DNA of 64,000 nucleotides from Octopus vulgaris. Taxonomy: Eukaryota. This document shows positions 1-14,324 of the stretch, one piece after another (positions within the stretch are counted from its first letter, which is position 1; the number at the start of each line of letters is the position of its first letter). A program made the translations under genes and the position numbers. The notes below the pieces were generated by a model, which made no database searches, was not told where the DNA came from, and saw nothing but the letters and a program-made list of their open reading frames with translations. The stretch spans positions 77,376,001 to 77,440,000 of the forward strand of contig OX597815.1 of assembly GCA_951406725.2 (NCBI GenBank). The letters run 5' to 3'.

Positions 1-174
1 AATGTTAAAAATATACAAAAGGTAATGTCTACATTTGGAAAGGCACACTCAATAATGTTTATTTTAGCAAGTTTAAAACGATTTCTAATGTGCCATAAAT
101 TATTTACAATTTCTGTGGTGCCCACCCTTCCCTCAATGCTCTAAACACATGCTTATTTTGCTGAAGGGTTAATC

Positions 175-630
175 CAGTGCTGAGTGTAATGAGTGCTTTT
201 CACGTGGCATTGGTACAGATGTTTTTTTATGTGCCACTGGCATGGGTGTCAGTTACATGACTCCGGCATTGGCCACAACTACAATTTCACTTGTCTTGAT
301 GAGTCTTCTTGAGCACAGCATATTACCAAAGGGTTTGGTCACTTTTCATCGTATCTGTGAGGTCCAAAGATCATGCTTCACCACCTCGTCCCATGTCTTC
401 AGGGCCTATTTTTCAACAGAGTACTTCACACAGCTGTCCTCATCCATACACATCACATGACCATACCAGCGCAGTTGTCTCTCTTGCACATTATATCTGA
501 TGTCTCTTATGTCCAGTTTTTCTCTCAAGACACTTCTACTTTATCATACATGCACACTGACATTGCACATCCAGCGAAGCATACTAGCTTCATTTCTTTC
601 AAGCCTTCACATGTCCTCTGTGGTCACAAC
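175..630 (-). mobile_element. RTE-clade LINE relic, ORF C-terminus plus start of 3' UTR
   Basis: Minus strand translates to ERNEASMLRWMCNVSV...QLRWYGHVMCMDEDSCVK...KTWDEVVKHDL with stops and frameshifts; LRWxGHV is typical of the RTE C-terminus. Same family at 28566-29120. Confidence 0.85.
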
Positions 631-631
631 C

Positions 632-720
<89 letters not shown>

Positions 721-2183
721 GAACAATTAAGATACACATAAGTATAAATTAATAGTTCCTATGTATATTTCAGCCTTGGCAATTATTTGGAATCCTGCAT
801 TGGATATTTCAAGTGCATTTTGATGCCTAACTGCAATGGATCATCAGGGAAATGCTTTATTGCATTCTTTTACAGAGATCTAATATCTGAAGTCAGACAC
901 ACACACACAATGTGCCTGTGTATATATATCCCTTTGACTTCACCTCATGGTTGTAAACGAGTATCACTGTCATACAAGCGATGTTTGTTTCTAGTTTGCT
1001 GACAGAAACATGTCTGGCCATTGGGAAATAATAGCTTGCTTGGAAACAAGTGAGGGTTGGCAACACGGAGGGTATCCACCTGTAGAAAAATTGCCTCAAC
1101 AAATTATGTCTAATGTGTGCAGACATGGGAAACTGAACATTAAATGGTGATCAGATTGATGTACAAAATTTCAGAACCAATGCTAAGATGAAAAAAAAAA
1201 CATGTTAAAAATCATTTTTTTTTCAACTGTTTTATATGAATCTTCCTTAAACTCTTTGTTCTGATACAAATTCTATGTTTTAAATTATCTAAATTAAAGC
1301 CTGCTATCAAAATTTCATGTTAATTTATATTCCAGATACCAGCTTAATAATGACAGCTATTTTTATAACTTAGTTCATCAATTTCAAAATTAAGTGAAAC
1401 AAAAGCAATATATTTCCACATAAACATGGTTACAAAAAGGTTAATGAACAAACAGGAACTCTGTTGTTTTGTGTATCTATTCTGTCAAGATTTTATACAT
1501 TGTGTAGTTGAGTTGTTAATATACTGAAATTGCTTTTAAAGATTTAAAAAAAAATTGATAATGGATGAATGATAATTTAAATTGTTTTCATTCCAAAGTA
1601 ATCACTGAGATAACTAACATATGAAACGTAAATAAATTACTATTAAAGATAATGAAGAGGTAGATAAGAAATTGAAAATAAATGATAAAATTTTAAGAGG
1701 AAAATAATTCCAAAAATTACCGGCCATTCTAAAAAGCTGTACTTAAATTTTAGAAATCTTATCTTGTTCCTGTAAAACAGTAACATATGCAAAACACTTC
1801 ATTTATGTGAAAATGAAATGAGCCTGAAAATAAAATCAATATTATTCTTGATTAAAATAATAGAAAAAGATAAGAATATCTTAAAAGTAAATTATGAAAA
1901 CAGTAACAAAATAAACAAATAATCAGTAAAGTAATTTTCAGAAAAGAAATTTAATACTAAATGAAATTCATTATCATCATCATCACCTTCACTATCATTA
2001 CCATCATTATCATTTTAAGATCCACTTTTCCATCCTTGCATGTGTCAGCTGGAATTTGTTGAGATAGATTTCTTATGGCTGGATGAACTTCCTATCATAA
2101 ACCTTTGCATTTCCAAGCAAGGAAATATTTCTCCATGGCTTGACATGTTTTTCAAAGAAGACTAGAGAAGAACATTACTTGTA

Positions 2184-3481
2184 TGAGGGTTGGCCGAAAA
2201 GTTCAAAGGTTGACCAAAATACTCTCATCAAATGTGACCAATATAGTCCTCCTTGTGGTCTACATACTTCTTCCATCAGGGTTGCAGTGTCTGGATCCCA
2301 TTAATGAAGAAGCTTTAATCTTGTCAGTTAAAAAGTCATCAATAGAAGATAGGATGTCATCATCACAGCAATATGGTTCCCAGTCAAATATTTTTTCATG
2401 TTGAGGAGGGAAAAAAATCTATTTTTGTTTATGAAAAAGTCCATGGTAATGCAATCTCCCTTGATAGCATGAAAATCAATTGGAAAATGAATTCACATTG
2501 TAGGATTTCGCATTATGACCAGATGTTCAGGAACATATTACTTCTATAAAGTGAGGTATTCCTATAGAGAATAATGTGAGTGATCAACTAGTTCAAAGCC
2601 ACATTCATGCACAGCAGCCATTGAAACAAAGGATTTGTGTGCTGGAGCATTGTCCTGATGAAACAAGACCCCTTTGTCAATTTTCCTAGGTGTTTGTTCA
2701 GCAAGTTGGCATAGTATTCTCCATTGATGGTGTGATCCTTTTGAAGATAGCCAATAAACACAATGCCTTTTGTATCCCCCCCAAAACTGAGGCCATCACC
2801 TTCCTGCAGATGAGATAACCATGGTCGTCTTTGGAGTGTTTCCACTGCATAGATTGTCTCTTTGTCTCTGACTGAAAGTGATGAAGCCAACACTTATCCT
2901 GGCTTAAGCTGGATCTGTCTCAAACAATGTCAGATTTTCCCACTGGTGTGCTTTTAATTAGGTGTCAAAAGATGTAGCACCTACTGAACAGAAACCTTTA
3001 TTTTTGTCAACTCTTTCACAGGATATACTAATGGCATTGGCTATTTGATTTATAGTCAATTGCCTATCACCCATCTCCATGTGGTGAACATGATCAATGT
3101 TTTCCTAGATGGTGACAGTTGCTGGACATGCAAACCTTGGGTCATCTTCAAGAATCTCCCTTCCCCTCCTGAATTCAGCTACCCACTTTTGATAAAGCTG
3201 GAGCATAATTCCCTAATGTAGCAACATGTCAGCATGAATGTCCTTGGAGGCTAAACCCTTTTTCTGCAGGTACTTGATAACACCAGGATGCCCAATTTTG
3301 CCCATTTTGAAGAGAAGTCACTACTACTTATGATTGATATCTTTGAACAGTCACATGTCAGTTTACCTGGAAAGAAACAAGCAGTTATAAGTAAGTAGAG
3401 TTGAAATGAATGCATGCAAGATTTCACATCTCTAACATCACTCCTTCATAGTCAGCCTTTGAACTTTTCAGCCCATCCTTG
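2184..3481 (-). mobile_element. Degenerate mariner (Tc1/mariner) DNA transposon
   Basis: Terminal inverted repeats TGAGGGTTGGCCGAAAAGTTCAAAGGTTGAC / GTCAGCCTTTGAACTTTTCAGCCCATCCTTG with TA flanks; minus-strand remnants GIVFIGYLQKDHTINGEYYANLL and GFELVDHSHYS. It interrupts a repeat seen uninterrupted near 14870-15070. Confidence 0.9.
2418..2567 (+). repeat. 150-bp copy of 4309-4458 inserted inside the mariner
   Basis: Direct repeat, 3 mismatches in 150 bp by eye. Confidence 0.92.
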
Positions 3482-3574
3482 TATGACAATGAAGCTTGTT
3501 CACAACTATTATACAATATCAAGACAAGGGTACACACAAACATACACACACTCATCCATACACAATCCTAGATT

Positions 3575-3790
3575 AGACTGAACACTGAAAGAAATTTACA
3601 AGAAAATCCTGAAAATTTCATACAAGGACCATATCAGAAATGAAGATGTCTTTGAAAAGAGCATCATTCCAAAACCTCCAAAAGGTGGTAACTAAATGAA
3701 GACTGGCTAGCTTGTCATGTCTTGTGGACAGTCAGATGATCTATGTGAGATGGACACAGGCTGGAGAAGATGAGGAAAATCATAGGTCAA
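3575..3790 (+). mobile_element. RTE LINE fragment
   Basis: Decayed translation resembling RKILKISYKDHIRNEDV...RLACHV. Confidence 0.6.
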
Positions 3791-5450
3791 ATGAAGGGCC
3801 TATGAGAGGGAGCCTCAGCTAGTACATAGCAGACTGGGGCCCAGATACCCAAGGAGTAGCCTGCGACCATCTTCTGAGGCACTTCCTAAAAGAAAAAAAA
3901 ATCAGCATTCTTGAATTTTGAAAACCAACCTCTTCTCTTCCACCAACTTTCATTTCATTGCTCAAAAGTACCAACACCCCCTTGTTATGGCTGCCTCAGG
4001 TTACAGGATTTCATGCTTGTGAGATTTATAAAGTATGACCATTAATTTTGGGATATTATAAGACAGTAAATACTGTCCCTCATCCTCCTAGTGATGCTCA
4101 TTCCACCACCATCCCTCACACAGTAGCCAACATCTTTTGTGGCAAGAACATACTTTTATGATATGATTCTTATTAATTCCCTAACTTATTCCTCTTGAAA
4201 TGTTTTTGTGTTTTTATGTATCTATATTGTACTATTTATGTTTGGAAATTGTTATATTTATGTATAAAAGTGTTCATGCTGCTATTGGTTTTCTATTGGT
4301 TTTTCTTTTCTATTTTTGTTTATGAAAAAGTCCATGGTAATGCAATCTCCCTTGATAGCATGAAAATCAATTGGAAAATGAATTCACATTGTAGGATTTC
4401 GCATTTTGACCAGATGTTCAGGAACATATTACTTCTGTAAAGTGAAGTATTCCTATAGTTTTGTTTTGCTTTGCCATATTTCTTCCAGAAGCTCTGGTTG
4501 TGTCAGTAGAACATGAAGGCTGTTAACAGACACTGGAAAAATAGAGAACATACAACTAATCAACAATATCAAAGAATTGCATGTCTGATGCACAAACATA
4601 AGATGTACTAACTAACAAACTGATTCACTGAAAAATATCAGCAATAAAAGTATTCTAAAGAAAACCCAAACAAAATCCCAAAAAGTTACCCCACCTTAAA
4701 TATTGAACTATCAGTAACATATTCTAGATTACTATCAATAAAATAAGTTTAGATTTTAAATCCACTGAGATATGATTAATCAACATAGCTATGCAGTCTA
4801 AGTATACCCAGGGGTCAATCTAAAAGTAGTCAATCATTTATTGATCTACAGACTACCATTTCTCTCTATCATAGCATTTCCCCTCTTTCTTTGTTTCTCT
4901 CTCTGTTTTTTCTTTCTCAATCTCTCTCACTATCATGTGGTGAGCATTAATACTTGGTAGCAAGTCTTACATTATTTACTATGTTTAAGAGAAGCACAGT
5001 TCATCTGAAGTCTAGTCCATGCTACACAACTACCCCTCTAGCTACATTTCCAATCACTTACAACACACATAGATTCATATAAAATATCATTTTGCTCATT
5101 TGATTCAGGCAAACATGCATACCAGAATAGTTACAACAATGATTGTCACACTAACCTTTAATTCTATGCTGATTCATTATTGATATTTCTAGGGCAGTGA
5201 GAGCAAACGATTGGCAGAATCATTAGCACATCAGACATTTTGTGTTATTTAGTCATGATGCTAAGTATCTGAGTTCATATTCTGCCAAGGTCAACTTTTA
5301 CCTTTCATTCTTCCTGGGTTGATAAAATAAACTACTAATCAAGTACTATTTAATCCTTCCCCCACAAATTTCAGGCCTTGAGCCTATACCAGAAATGATA
5401 TTACTTGGGTTGAGAATTGACAGAATTGTTTGTGTGTCAAACAAAATTCC

Positions 5451-5678
5451 TTAACCCTTACGTTACTGTATTTATTTTGAGATGCTCTGTGTTTCTTTCA
5501 ATTATTTTAAATATAACAAAGCATTTAGTAAAATAACTTAGTTATCATTAAGCTAGTGTTAGGAACATAAATTGTGACTAAGGTTTGGTGGAAGATTTTA
5601 ATTCAAAACTTATGAAAACAAGACATTTGTACTCAGAGCCAGAGCCGGTTTCAGCCGGGTTGGTAACAAATGGGTTAA
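5451..5678. mobile_element. piggyBac-like MITE
   Basis: TTAA|CCCTTACGTTAC ... GTAACAAATGGG|TTAA: TTAA duplication with CCC/GGG termini. Confidence 0.7.
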
Positions 5679-5961
5679 GGCAGCGAGCTGGCAGAATCAT
5701 TAGCATGCTCTGAGTTCAAATTCTACCAAGGCAAAGTCAACCTCAGTGGAATTTGAACTCAGAAAGTCAAGCACACATGTTCGTGGGCACAAACACACAC
5801 TAACACACACACTGATGGAAAGAAAGAGAGACCTGCTTCTACAGTTGCCAAAGATCTCAGTGACCGACCGAATACCTGAATTAGTGTAAAACCAAGGTGT
5901 GGATATAGCAGCAGATATAATAACAGTTACTAAATATATCATAGCAATATTACCTGTATTC

Positions 5962-6177
5962 AAGGCATTGAGCTGGCAGAATCACTTGCATATTTGCCAA
6001 AATGTTTAGTGGCATTTAGTCCGTCTTTATGTTCAGAGTTCAAATTCCATTGACGTTGACTTTGCCTTTCATCCTTCCAGGGTTAATAAAATAAGCAACA
6101 GTCAAGTGCTGGGGTCAATGTAATTAACTTACCCCCTCCCCTCCCCATAAAATTGCTGGCCTTGTGCTATCATTATT
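5962..6177 (+). mobile_element. tRNA-derived SINE, family B (alternative tail)
   Basis: GAGCTGGCAGAATC head, GAGTTCAAATTCC B-box, GCCTTTCATCCTT..GG.TCGATAAA core; many copies in the window. Confidence 0.8.
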
Positions 6178-6443
6178 TCACTTTCATCATCTTTACCACC
6201 ACACACACACAATCACATACATGCACACACACAATCACACAAATATCATCATTTTATGCTTAGTTTCCATTTGGCCATGATATGATTGATTGATTGATTG
6301 ATTCTAGTTTCAGCTCATGAGCTGTGGCCATGCTGGGGCACCGCCATATATACATACACATACATGCATACATACAGTCATACATACATACATATATATG
6401 TGTATATATATATATATCTGTATTAATATATATACATATATAT

Positions 6444-6483
<40 letters not shown>

Positions 6484-6647
6484 ATGATTTGTTAAGCGGT
6501 GTTGTGTTTTACAATTCTGTAAACAACAACAATAATAATATTTTATAAGTTTAAGCTTATAAAATATTATTATATGTGTGTACGTGTGTACACACATACA
6601 TGCATACATACATACTGAGGTAGTCAAGTTTAACCCTAAGCATTAAA

Positions 6648-6703
6648 AGCCGCCGAGGAGGACTAAGATGGTCTACATCAAAATTTGAAATTGCGATCTG
6701 GCT
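6648..6703 (+). ncRNA. Degenerate hammerhead-like motif
   Basis: AGCCG-CCGAGGA-...GAUG/CAUC hairpin...-GAAAU-UGCG-AUC-UGGCU; core carries U4C. Confidence 0.35.
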
Positions 6704-7214
6704 ATGTACACTGGGGACTTACCTCCCTTTGTCACTCACTTAAGGCAGTGCGTTTGTAGCTTTGAGTGCTAGTCAGTATCCTCTGTCACTTTTAATTTTA
6801 TATATATATATATATTTCTCTCCTTGTGTCTTTCTGCGTAGGCTCAAAACGTTAAAGACTTTTTCAATTCCCGAGCATTATACTAATATATCTGTTTGTT
6901 TTCTACACCACCTGTCTTCGTCTTTTGTTTTTTTCGTAAATTCTCCCCATATATACACATACACACGCCCCCCCCCCCCACGCACACACATAAAGGGCTT
7001 CCACTCAGTCTCTGTCTACCAACTTCACTTACAAGGCATTGGTCAGCTCAAGGCTATGATAAAAAACCAAATATATATATATATATGTATGAGTGCATAT
7101 GTATGTATGTATGTACGTATATATGTGGAGGTATGTCAAATGTAAAATAGAATTAAACAGAAATTAAAGCAATGATATTGTGAGTTAATTTAACTTGTAT
7201 ATGTACCAGACACA

Positions 7215-7625
7215 CCTACACTGTCATGACATGCCACCAAAATGGAGGATCATCAACTTCCCAAAATAATACTGTATGACAAACTCTCCTCTGGTCATTG
7301 TGATAGAGAAACACCAAAGAAGGACTTTCTAATGAAATCCCTTGCTTCCTGCCACATTGATTACCACCCTTGCACACTGACCATGAAGCCTCGTGTCTTA
7401 CTGTCCACCAAGAAACAGCCTCTTTGAAGACACCTGCAGAACTATCCTTGCAGACAAGAGAGAAGGGTGAGGTAAAGCAGGGACACTACAGTGAGCCTCA
7501 ATCAGCCTACTTTCCCATGTAGCATCTGTGGTCATGGTCTGAATCAGACTTGACAAGCATCAGCAAGCCTGCAACAAACTTTGACATCTGCCTCTTTAAA
7601 TCTTCGTTTGCAAAGCTAAGCCATG
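7215..7625 (+). mobile_element. RTE (BovB-like) LINE 3' fragment
   Basis: MEDHQLPKIILYDKLSSGHCDRETPKK resembles the RTE R.PK..LYGEL..G.R motif; decayed FPCSICG finger follows. Confidence 0.75.
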
Positions 7626-7649
7626 GTACATACACGAGTGCGCACGCAC

Positions 7650-7714
<65 letters not shown>

Positions 7715-8233
7715 ATGCACACACATACACCATCCCTTACATACACAATATACACACATACATACTCACATGCAACACATACAGCACACTCACACATACA
7801 CACTCACTTGCATACACACAAATACAACACATACAACACACACACATACATACATGCTCTCTCTCTCTCTCACACATACACATATACACACACCATGTAC
7901 TTTTATACAATAGTGTGTGCTGTAACACACACACACCTGAGTTAGAAGTTTGTATTGCTAAACTGACTAATTTCAAATTCACCAATGACTGCAGTTGATG
8001 TTTGTCTGCAGTGCCTGTTAGTACGCATGAAATATTTTAGGACTGACATAGAGTAAGGTTGACTAATGTCGACCACATGAAATCTTTAGAGTATGATGAA
8101 ATAGTGTAGTTTATAAATAATTGCATGCAATTTGTCTCTCTGTCTATCTGTCTGCCTGTCTGTCTTCCTTTATGTCTGTGTCACTCTCCCTATATATATA
8201 TGTGTGTATTGTGTGTGTGTATATGTATATATT

Positions 8234-8267
<34 letters not shown>

Positions 8268-8300
8268 TACACACACATATATATAGATATACATATATAC

Positions 8301-8370
<70 letters not shown>

Positions 8371-9060
8371 TTATATACATATGTGTATGTATGTATGCAT
8401 GACAATATATATAAAAAGAAAAGAAAGGAAGAGTTATATATATATATGTGTTTGTGTATGTGTGTTTATATATAATATGTATATATTTATATGTATATGT
8501 ATATATTTATATGTATATGTACATATATATATATTTGTGTATCTATCTATATATCTATCTATCTATCTATCTGTCTATTATCTATCTATCTATCTGTCTG
8601 TCTGTCTGTCTGTCTATTTACACACACACACACAGAGGATGTGTGTATTGTTGTTATTTTGATATCTCAAAATATAAAACTGTTTCTTTGGTATTATTGG
8701 AAATCTAGTTTCAAGCAAGCAAAGTGGTCAAATTGCCTTAGTGTCTAGGTCAAACACATGAGTAGTACTGCAGAGGGATGATGTGTTGGTACACATACAT
8801 ACACACATACACATTGATCCATACACAGATTCATACAGTTGTACACAGACATATACACATATACATACATTACTTAATATGGTAATAAAACTGATGGTTT
8901 AATAAGTCAGAAAGATACAGAATTGCTCTTGCATGAAAGAAATGAGTAAAATCGTGTATGTATGTGTGTGTGTATACACACACACACACACACATATATA
9001 TATATGCACACACATATATATGCATATACATACACCCACACACTCACATATATATATATC

Positions 9061-9095
<35 letters not shown>

Positions 9096-9173
9096 TTCTC
9101 AATTTGTATGTCTAGTAGCATTAAGTGTGACTCTGTTAGTATATCTTGAAAAGAAAGGGCATTCACACGCACA

Positions 9174-9273
<100 letters not shown>

Positions 9274-9789
9274 ACACACACAGACTCACACCCTCTGTCT
9301 GTCTGTCTCTGTCTCTGTCTCTCTGTCTCTCTCTAACATATTCTGATATCTACTCTCTGTCTCTCTAACACTCCCTCTCTCTCTCTCTCTCACACACACA
9401 CTCTTTCTATCTTTCTCTCTCACACTCACATACACTCTCTTTCTCTCGCACTCTCTCACTTTTTCTCTCACACACTCTCTCTCCCTCTCGCACCACCACC
9501 ATGAACTGTTTGCAAGCAAACAGCAGGACAAATGACATCAATTGATTTTAAGAAAGTTGGGTGGCTGGGGTGAAAAAGAGAAGTAATTATTGAATGATAT
9601 CGAGTAGAGTGGAAGAGAGAATTAGATTGATATCAAGGGAGACGTAATGATATTATAATGATATTCAGAGAGAGAGGAGAGAATAAGAAAGGCAGCTACC
9701 CAAAGAAATTAAGAGCATAAGAGAATGATGTGTGTGTGTGTGTGTGTGTGTATACACACACACACACACATTCATACATGTATTCTGAT

Positions 9790-10422
9790 TTACTTGTTTC
9801 AATCTTTAGACTGTGGCCATGCTGGGGCACCACATTCAACAAATTTTTAGTCAAGTGAATTGACCTGTGTACTTAGTTTCTTAAAGCTTGGTACCTATTC
9901 TATCAGTCTCTCTTGCTGAACTGCTAAGTTACATGGACATAAACACACCAACACTAGTTGTCAAGTGGGCAACAAACATAGACACAAAGATACACACACA
10001 CACACTCACGCACAATAGGCTTCTTTCAGTTTCCATCTACTAAATCCACTCACAAGGCTATGCTTAGCCCAAGGTGATAGATGACACTTGCGCAAGGTGC
10101 TACATAGTGAGACTGAACCCAGAACCATATGGTTGAGAAGCAAGCTTCTTTCTTTTTTAAAAGCCTATATATATATTTCTTTATTGCCCACAGGGGGCCA
10201 AACGTAGAGAGGACAAACAAATGAATTAAGTCAATTACATTGACCCCAGTGCGTAACTGGTACTTATTTAATTGACCCCAAAAGGATGAAAGGCAAAGTC
10301 GACCTTGGCGGAATTTGAACTCAGAACGTAATGGCAGACAAAATACTGCTAAGCATTTTGCCTGGGGTGCTAACAATTCTGCTAGCTCACCACAAGCTTC
10401 TTACCACACTACCACACCTGTG
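9790..10422 (-). mobile_element. tRNA-derived SINE family A (CORE-like) with nested family-B SINE
   Basis: Matches the 12667-13108 copy; interrupted at 10151-10392 by SINE B flanked by duplicated CAAGCTTCTT. Confidence 0.85.
10175..10392 (-). mobile_element. SINE family B, near full length
   Basis: Head through ...GCCCCTGTGGGCAATAAAGAAATA tail. Confidence 0.9.
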
Positions 10423-11368
10423 TGCATATATGTACATACACACACATGCACATATATATTAATTATGCAATGAGTGGCATGCATATCATCACTGTTTATA
10501 CATCTACTTTTCCATGCTGACATGGGCTGGATGGGACTTTTAGAGGTAGTGTTTTATAGCCAGCTACTCTTCCTGATACCATCTGTTTCAGTATGCTGAA
10601 ACCAGTGTGGCTGTGTGGTTAAGAATTTTGCTTCTCAACCATGTGGTCTTAAGTTCAGTCCCACTGTATAGCACCCCAACTGCAAGATACCTGTTTCTAT
10701 CCGTAGTCTAACTTCTCATCACCTGACATAAAGCCACTTCTCTCAATATTACTCTATCCTCAGTTGAGGAGTCTTGTCTTGCAAATTAGATGATGACGCC
10801 ACTGGTGGTGCCACATAAAAAGCACCCAGTACACTCAGGTAAGTGGATGGCATTAGGCCAAGCATTCAGCTGTAGAAACCATGCCAAAACAGACATTGGA
10901 GTATGATGCAGTTCTCTGGCTTACCAGTTCTTGTCAAACTGTTCAACTCATACCAAAATGGAAAACATATATTAAACGATAATGATGATAATGATGATGA
11001 TGATGATGATGTGCATGTGCATGTGTGTGTGTATGTGTGTTTTTGATATCGTGATGGGAGTAAATGAGCATCACTATCATGCAAGTGATGTTGTGCATTT
11101 CCAGTCTTCCATGGCAAATCATGTCTGGCCATGGTAAGTATTACCATATTCAGAAACAGGTCGGGGTTGGCAAGAGAAATGGCATCCAAGCTCAGAAAAT
11201 CTACCTCAACAGATTCCATCAGATCCATGCAAGCATGAAAAACTGAATGTTAAATGATGAATATGATGATAACACACACATAAACATATATAATTATACC
11301 ATATGTTATACATATGTGCGTGTGTGTGTTTATTAGTTGTGAGTGTGTGTATGTGTGTGTATATAAAT

Positions 11369-11433
<65 letters not shown>

Positions 11434-11664
11434 TACTCATATATATAATCCTACTTCATCTAACTCCCCATCCACCCATGCTAGCATAGAAAACAGATAT
11501 CAAATGAGTGAACAAATCAATGAATATAAAAAGGAGAAGAGAAGAGATACTGAATGATATTGAGGAATGTGGGTACAATGCTATGTGTGTGTATGTGTGT
11601 GTGTGAGTGTGTGTGTGTGTTTATATATAGATATATATGTATGCATATATTCACACATACACAC

Positions 11665-11698
<34 letters not shown>

Positions 11699-12666
11699 GC
11701 ATATATATATACTTAGAGGGAGAGAAGGTAAAAGGTTAGAACATTGGTAAAAGATCAAAGAGCAGATTATAAAAAGTAAAAAAAAAAGAGAGTGGGGGAG
11801 AGAGAAAGAGAGAGAGAGAGAGAAAGTGAGAGGGAGAGAAAGTGAGAGAGAGAGAGAGCCTATAGATGAAAATTTAAGAGCTTTACAAATGATGCTTACA
11901 ATATGACTGCACTGCAACTGTGGCTACTGTTGCTGGCTGCAGTAGGTGATGCAGCAATAATAGATTAATGCTGTGTAAAAGCCAGCAAGGTAAAGAAGCA
12001 TAAATACCACCCCCACCACCATCACCATCACCCCCACCCCGCCATCACCATATCATCATCATTATTGTTGTTATCATCATCATCATCATCCTCATCATTA
12101 CTGTCACCACCACCATCACCAGTATCAACATCAACATTTCCACAAGCCATCATTGTCATTATTACTACCACTATCATCTCTATCACCAAGTCCAAAACCA
12201 CCACCACCACCATTATCACTATTACAACTGTAGCTGCTGCTGCTATTATTACTACTACTACTATTGCTACCTGTAGCAGCCTTTGAGTTTGTCCCCTCCC
12301 CCATACATACCAGCCCTCCAAGTCTACACAGGCTTATACAGTGCCATCCCCATTAAAGTATCACCCTAGCCCCTACAACACTTTTTGTGCCTCTAACACT
12401 CCTAGCAACCCCAGCTTCTTGTACTCACTAGCTCCCTTCCCATAGCACCCCATCCTGCATCAAGACAGAGAGAGGAGACTGCATGCCTGTGGGCTTATGG
12501 GCTAGAGGCTGGATCATGTCTGTGAGTGATTGAATCCCAGTCCATCAAGTGGCCCTTCTTTGGATGCAATTCAAGATGTGAGTATGCATAGCAGCAGCAC
12601 AATTCCAGATGCTGGAGTAGTGCTTCATTGTGGGCCTCCCTTGTACCTTGCAGAATGTCAACAATA

Positions 12667-12894
12667 CTCTTTTACTTGTTTCAGTCTTTTGACTCTGGCC
12701 ATACTGGAGCACCATCTTTAGTCAAGCAAATCAATCCCAGGACTTATTCTTTAGAAGCCTAGTACTTATTCTATCGGTCTCTTTTCCTGAACTGCTAAGT
12801 TATGGGGATGTAAACGCACCACCATCAGTTGTCAAGCGATGTTGGTGGACAAACACAGATACACAAGCATATACACACACATACATATATATAT

Positions 12895-12943
<49 letters not shown>

Positions 12944-13108
12944 TACGATGGCCTTCTTTCAGTTTCCATCTACCAAATCCACTCACAAGGCTTTGGTCGG
13001 CCTGAGGCTATAGTAGAAGACACTTGCCCTAGGTACCATGCAGTGGGAATGAACCCAGAACCATGTGGTTGGTAAGCAAGCTACTTACCACACAGCCACT
13101 CCTGCGCC
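12667..13108 (-). mobile_element. Full-length SINE family A with internal (TA)n/(TG)n microsatellite
   Basis: GGCGCAGGAGTGGCTGTGTGGTAAG A-box head, GGGTTCA B-box, CCT(T/A)GGGCAAGTG CORE-like motif, tail ending GAAACAAGTAAAAGAG. Resembles octopus OR-type SINEs (from memory). Confidence 0.88.
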
Positions 13109-14111
13109 TTAGTTAGGAGCTGAAATATTTTCTGGCTTTGGAGTGAACAGCTAGTCTTTGAGGTCCATTTCAAGCTAGAACATACTTTCACCAGGAGAAA
13201 TCCTCAGTGACAACAAGATTGACTCAGCATCTGAAGGGACTGGAACTGTGTGCCACTCATATTTGGGGTGGGTTGTGCAGTGGTATTTTCTTGATATGAG
13301 AAATGCTTGAGTGTTTTCTTTTAGATTTTCTTTTGCTCATAATTCTATATTGCTTCTGCTCATGGTAAAGTGTAGACAACATCCTGTGGCAGATATTTAT
13401 AGCTATGTCTGAAACCTAAATCCTTTATACAAATGATGATTTTTTTGATATCAACAAGATTATTGATAACATTTTTATCACATAGGATGGTAAGCTGGAA
13501 GAATCATTTGTATGCTGGGCCAAGCGCTTAGCGCATTTTTTCTGTCTTTACATTCTGAATTCAAATGCTGTTGAGGTTGACTTTGCCTTTCATCCTTTCA
13601 GGGTTGATAAAATAATTACCAGTCAACCCCTCTCCTAAAATTTCTGGCCTTGTGCCAAAATTTGAAACCAATAAATTTACTACATAAGAAGTGAGCTGGT
13701 AGCATTTTTAGCATGCAGCAGCATTTGTCTAGCTTTATGTTCTGAGCCCAAATCCCACCGAGGTTGATAAAAAAAGTACCAGTCAAGCACTGGGGTCAAT
13801 GTAATCAACTTGCCCTCTACCCCAAAATTCTGGCGTTGTGTCAAAATTTGAAACCAATATTTTTACTACAATTCACCAAGTTACAATAATTAAAATATAT
13901 GTAATGTAAAAATGTACATCATACATTTTTTTGTACTAAGTACAAAACAAAGATTAGTAAAATGTTTAGAGAGGAATTTGATCAACAAGAAAGTATTCAC
14001 CAAGCTTCTAGCTTTCATCAACTCTTCATTGCAGCTCTTGGAACAACATTTCATGTGTTAAAGAATTGGTTTTCTAATTGTTTGCTTCTTATTGTAGAAA
14101 CTATCAATAAT

Positions 14112-14324
14112 GATTTCAAATTTTGGCACAAGGCTAGCAATTTTGGGAGACGGGTAAGTCTATTACATTGACCCCTGTGTTCAACTGGTACTTATTTTAC
14201 CAACCCCAAAGGATGAAAGGCAAAGTTGATCTTGGCAGAATTTGAACTCAGAATGTAAAGACAGATGAAATGCCGCTAAGCATTTTGCCTGGTATGCTAA
14301 CGATTCTGCCAGCTTACTGCCTTA
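14112..14324 (-). mobile_element. SINE family B (alternative tail)
   Basis: Same head and core as other B copies; tail GCCTTGTGCCAAAATTTGAAA. Confidence 0.85.
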
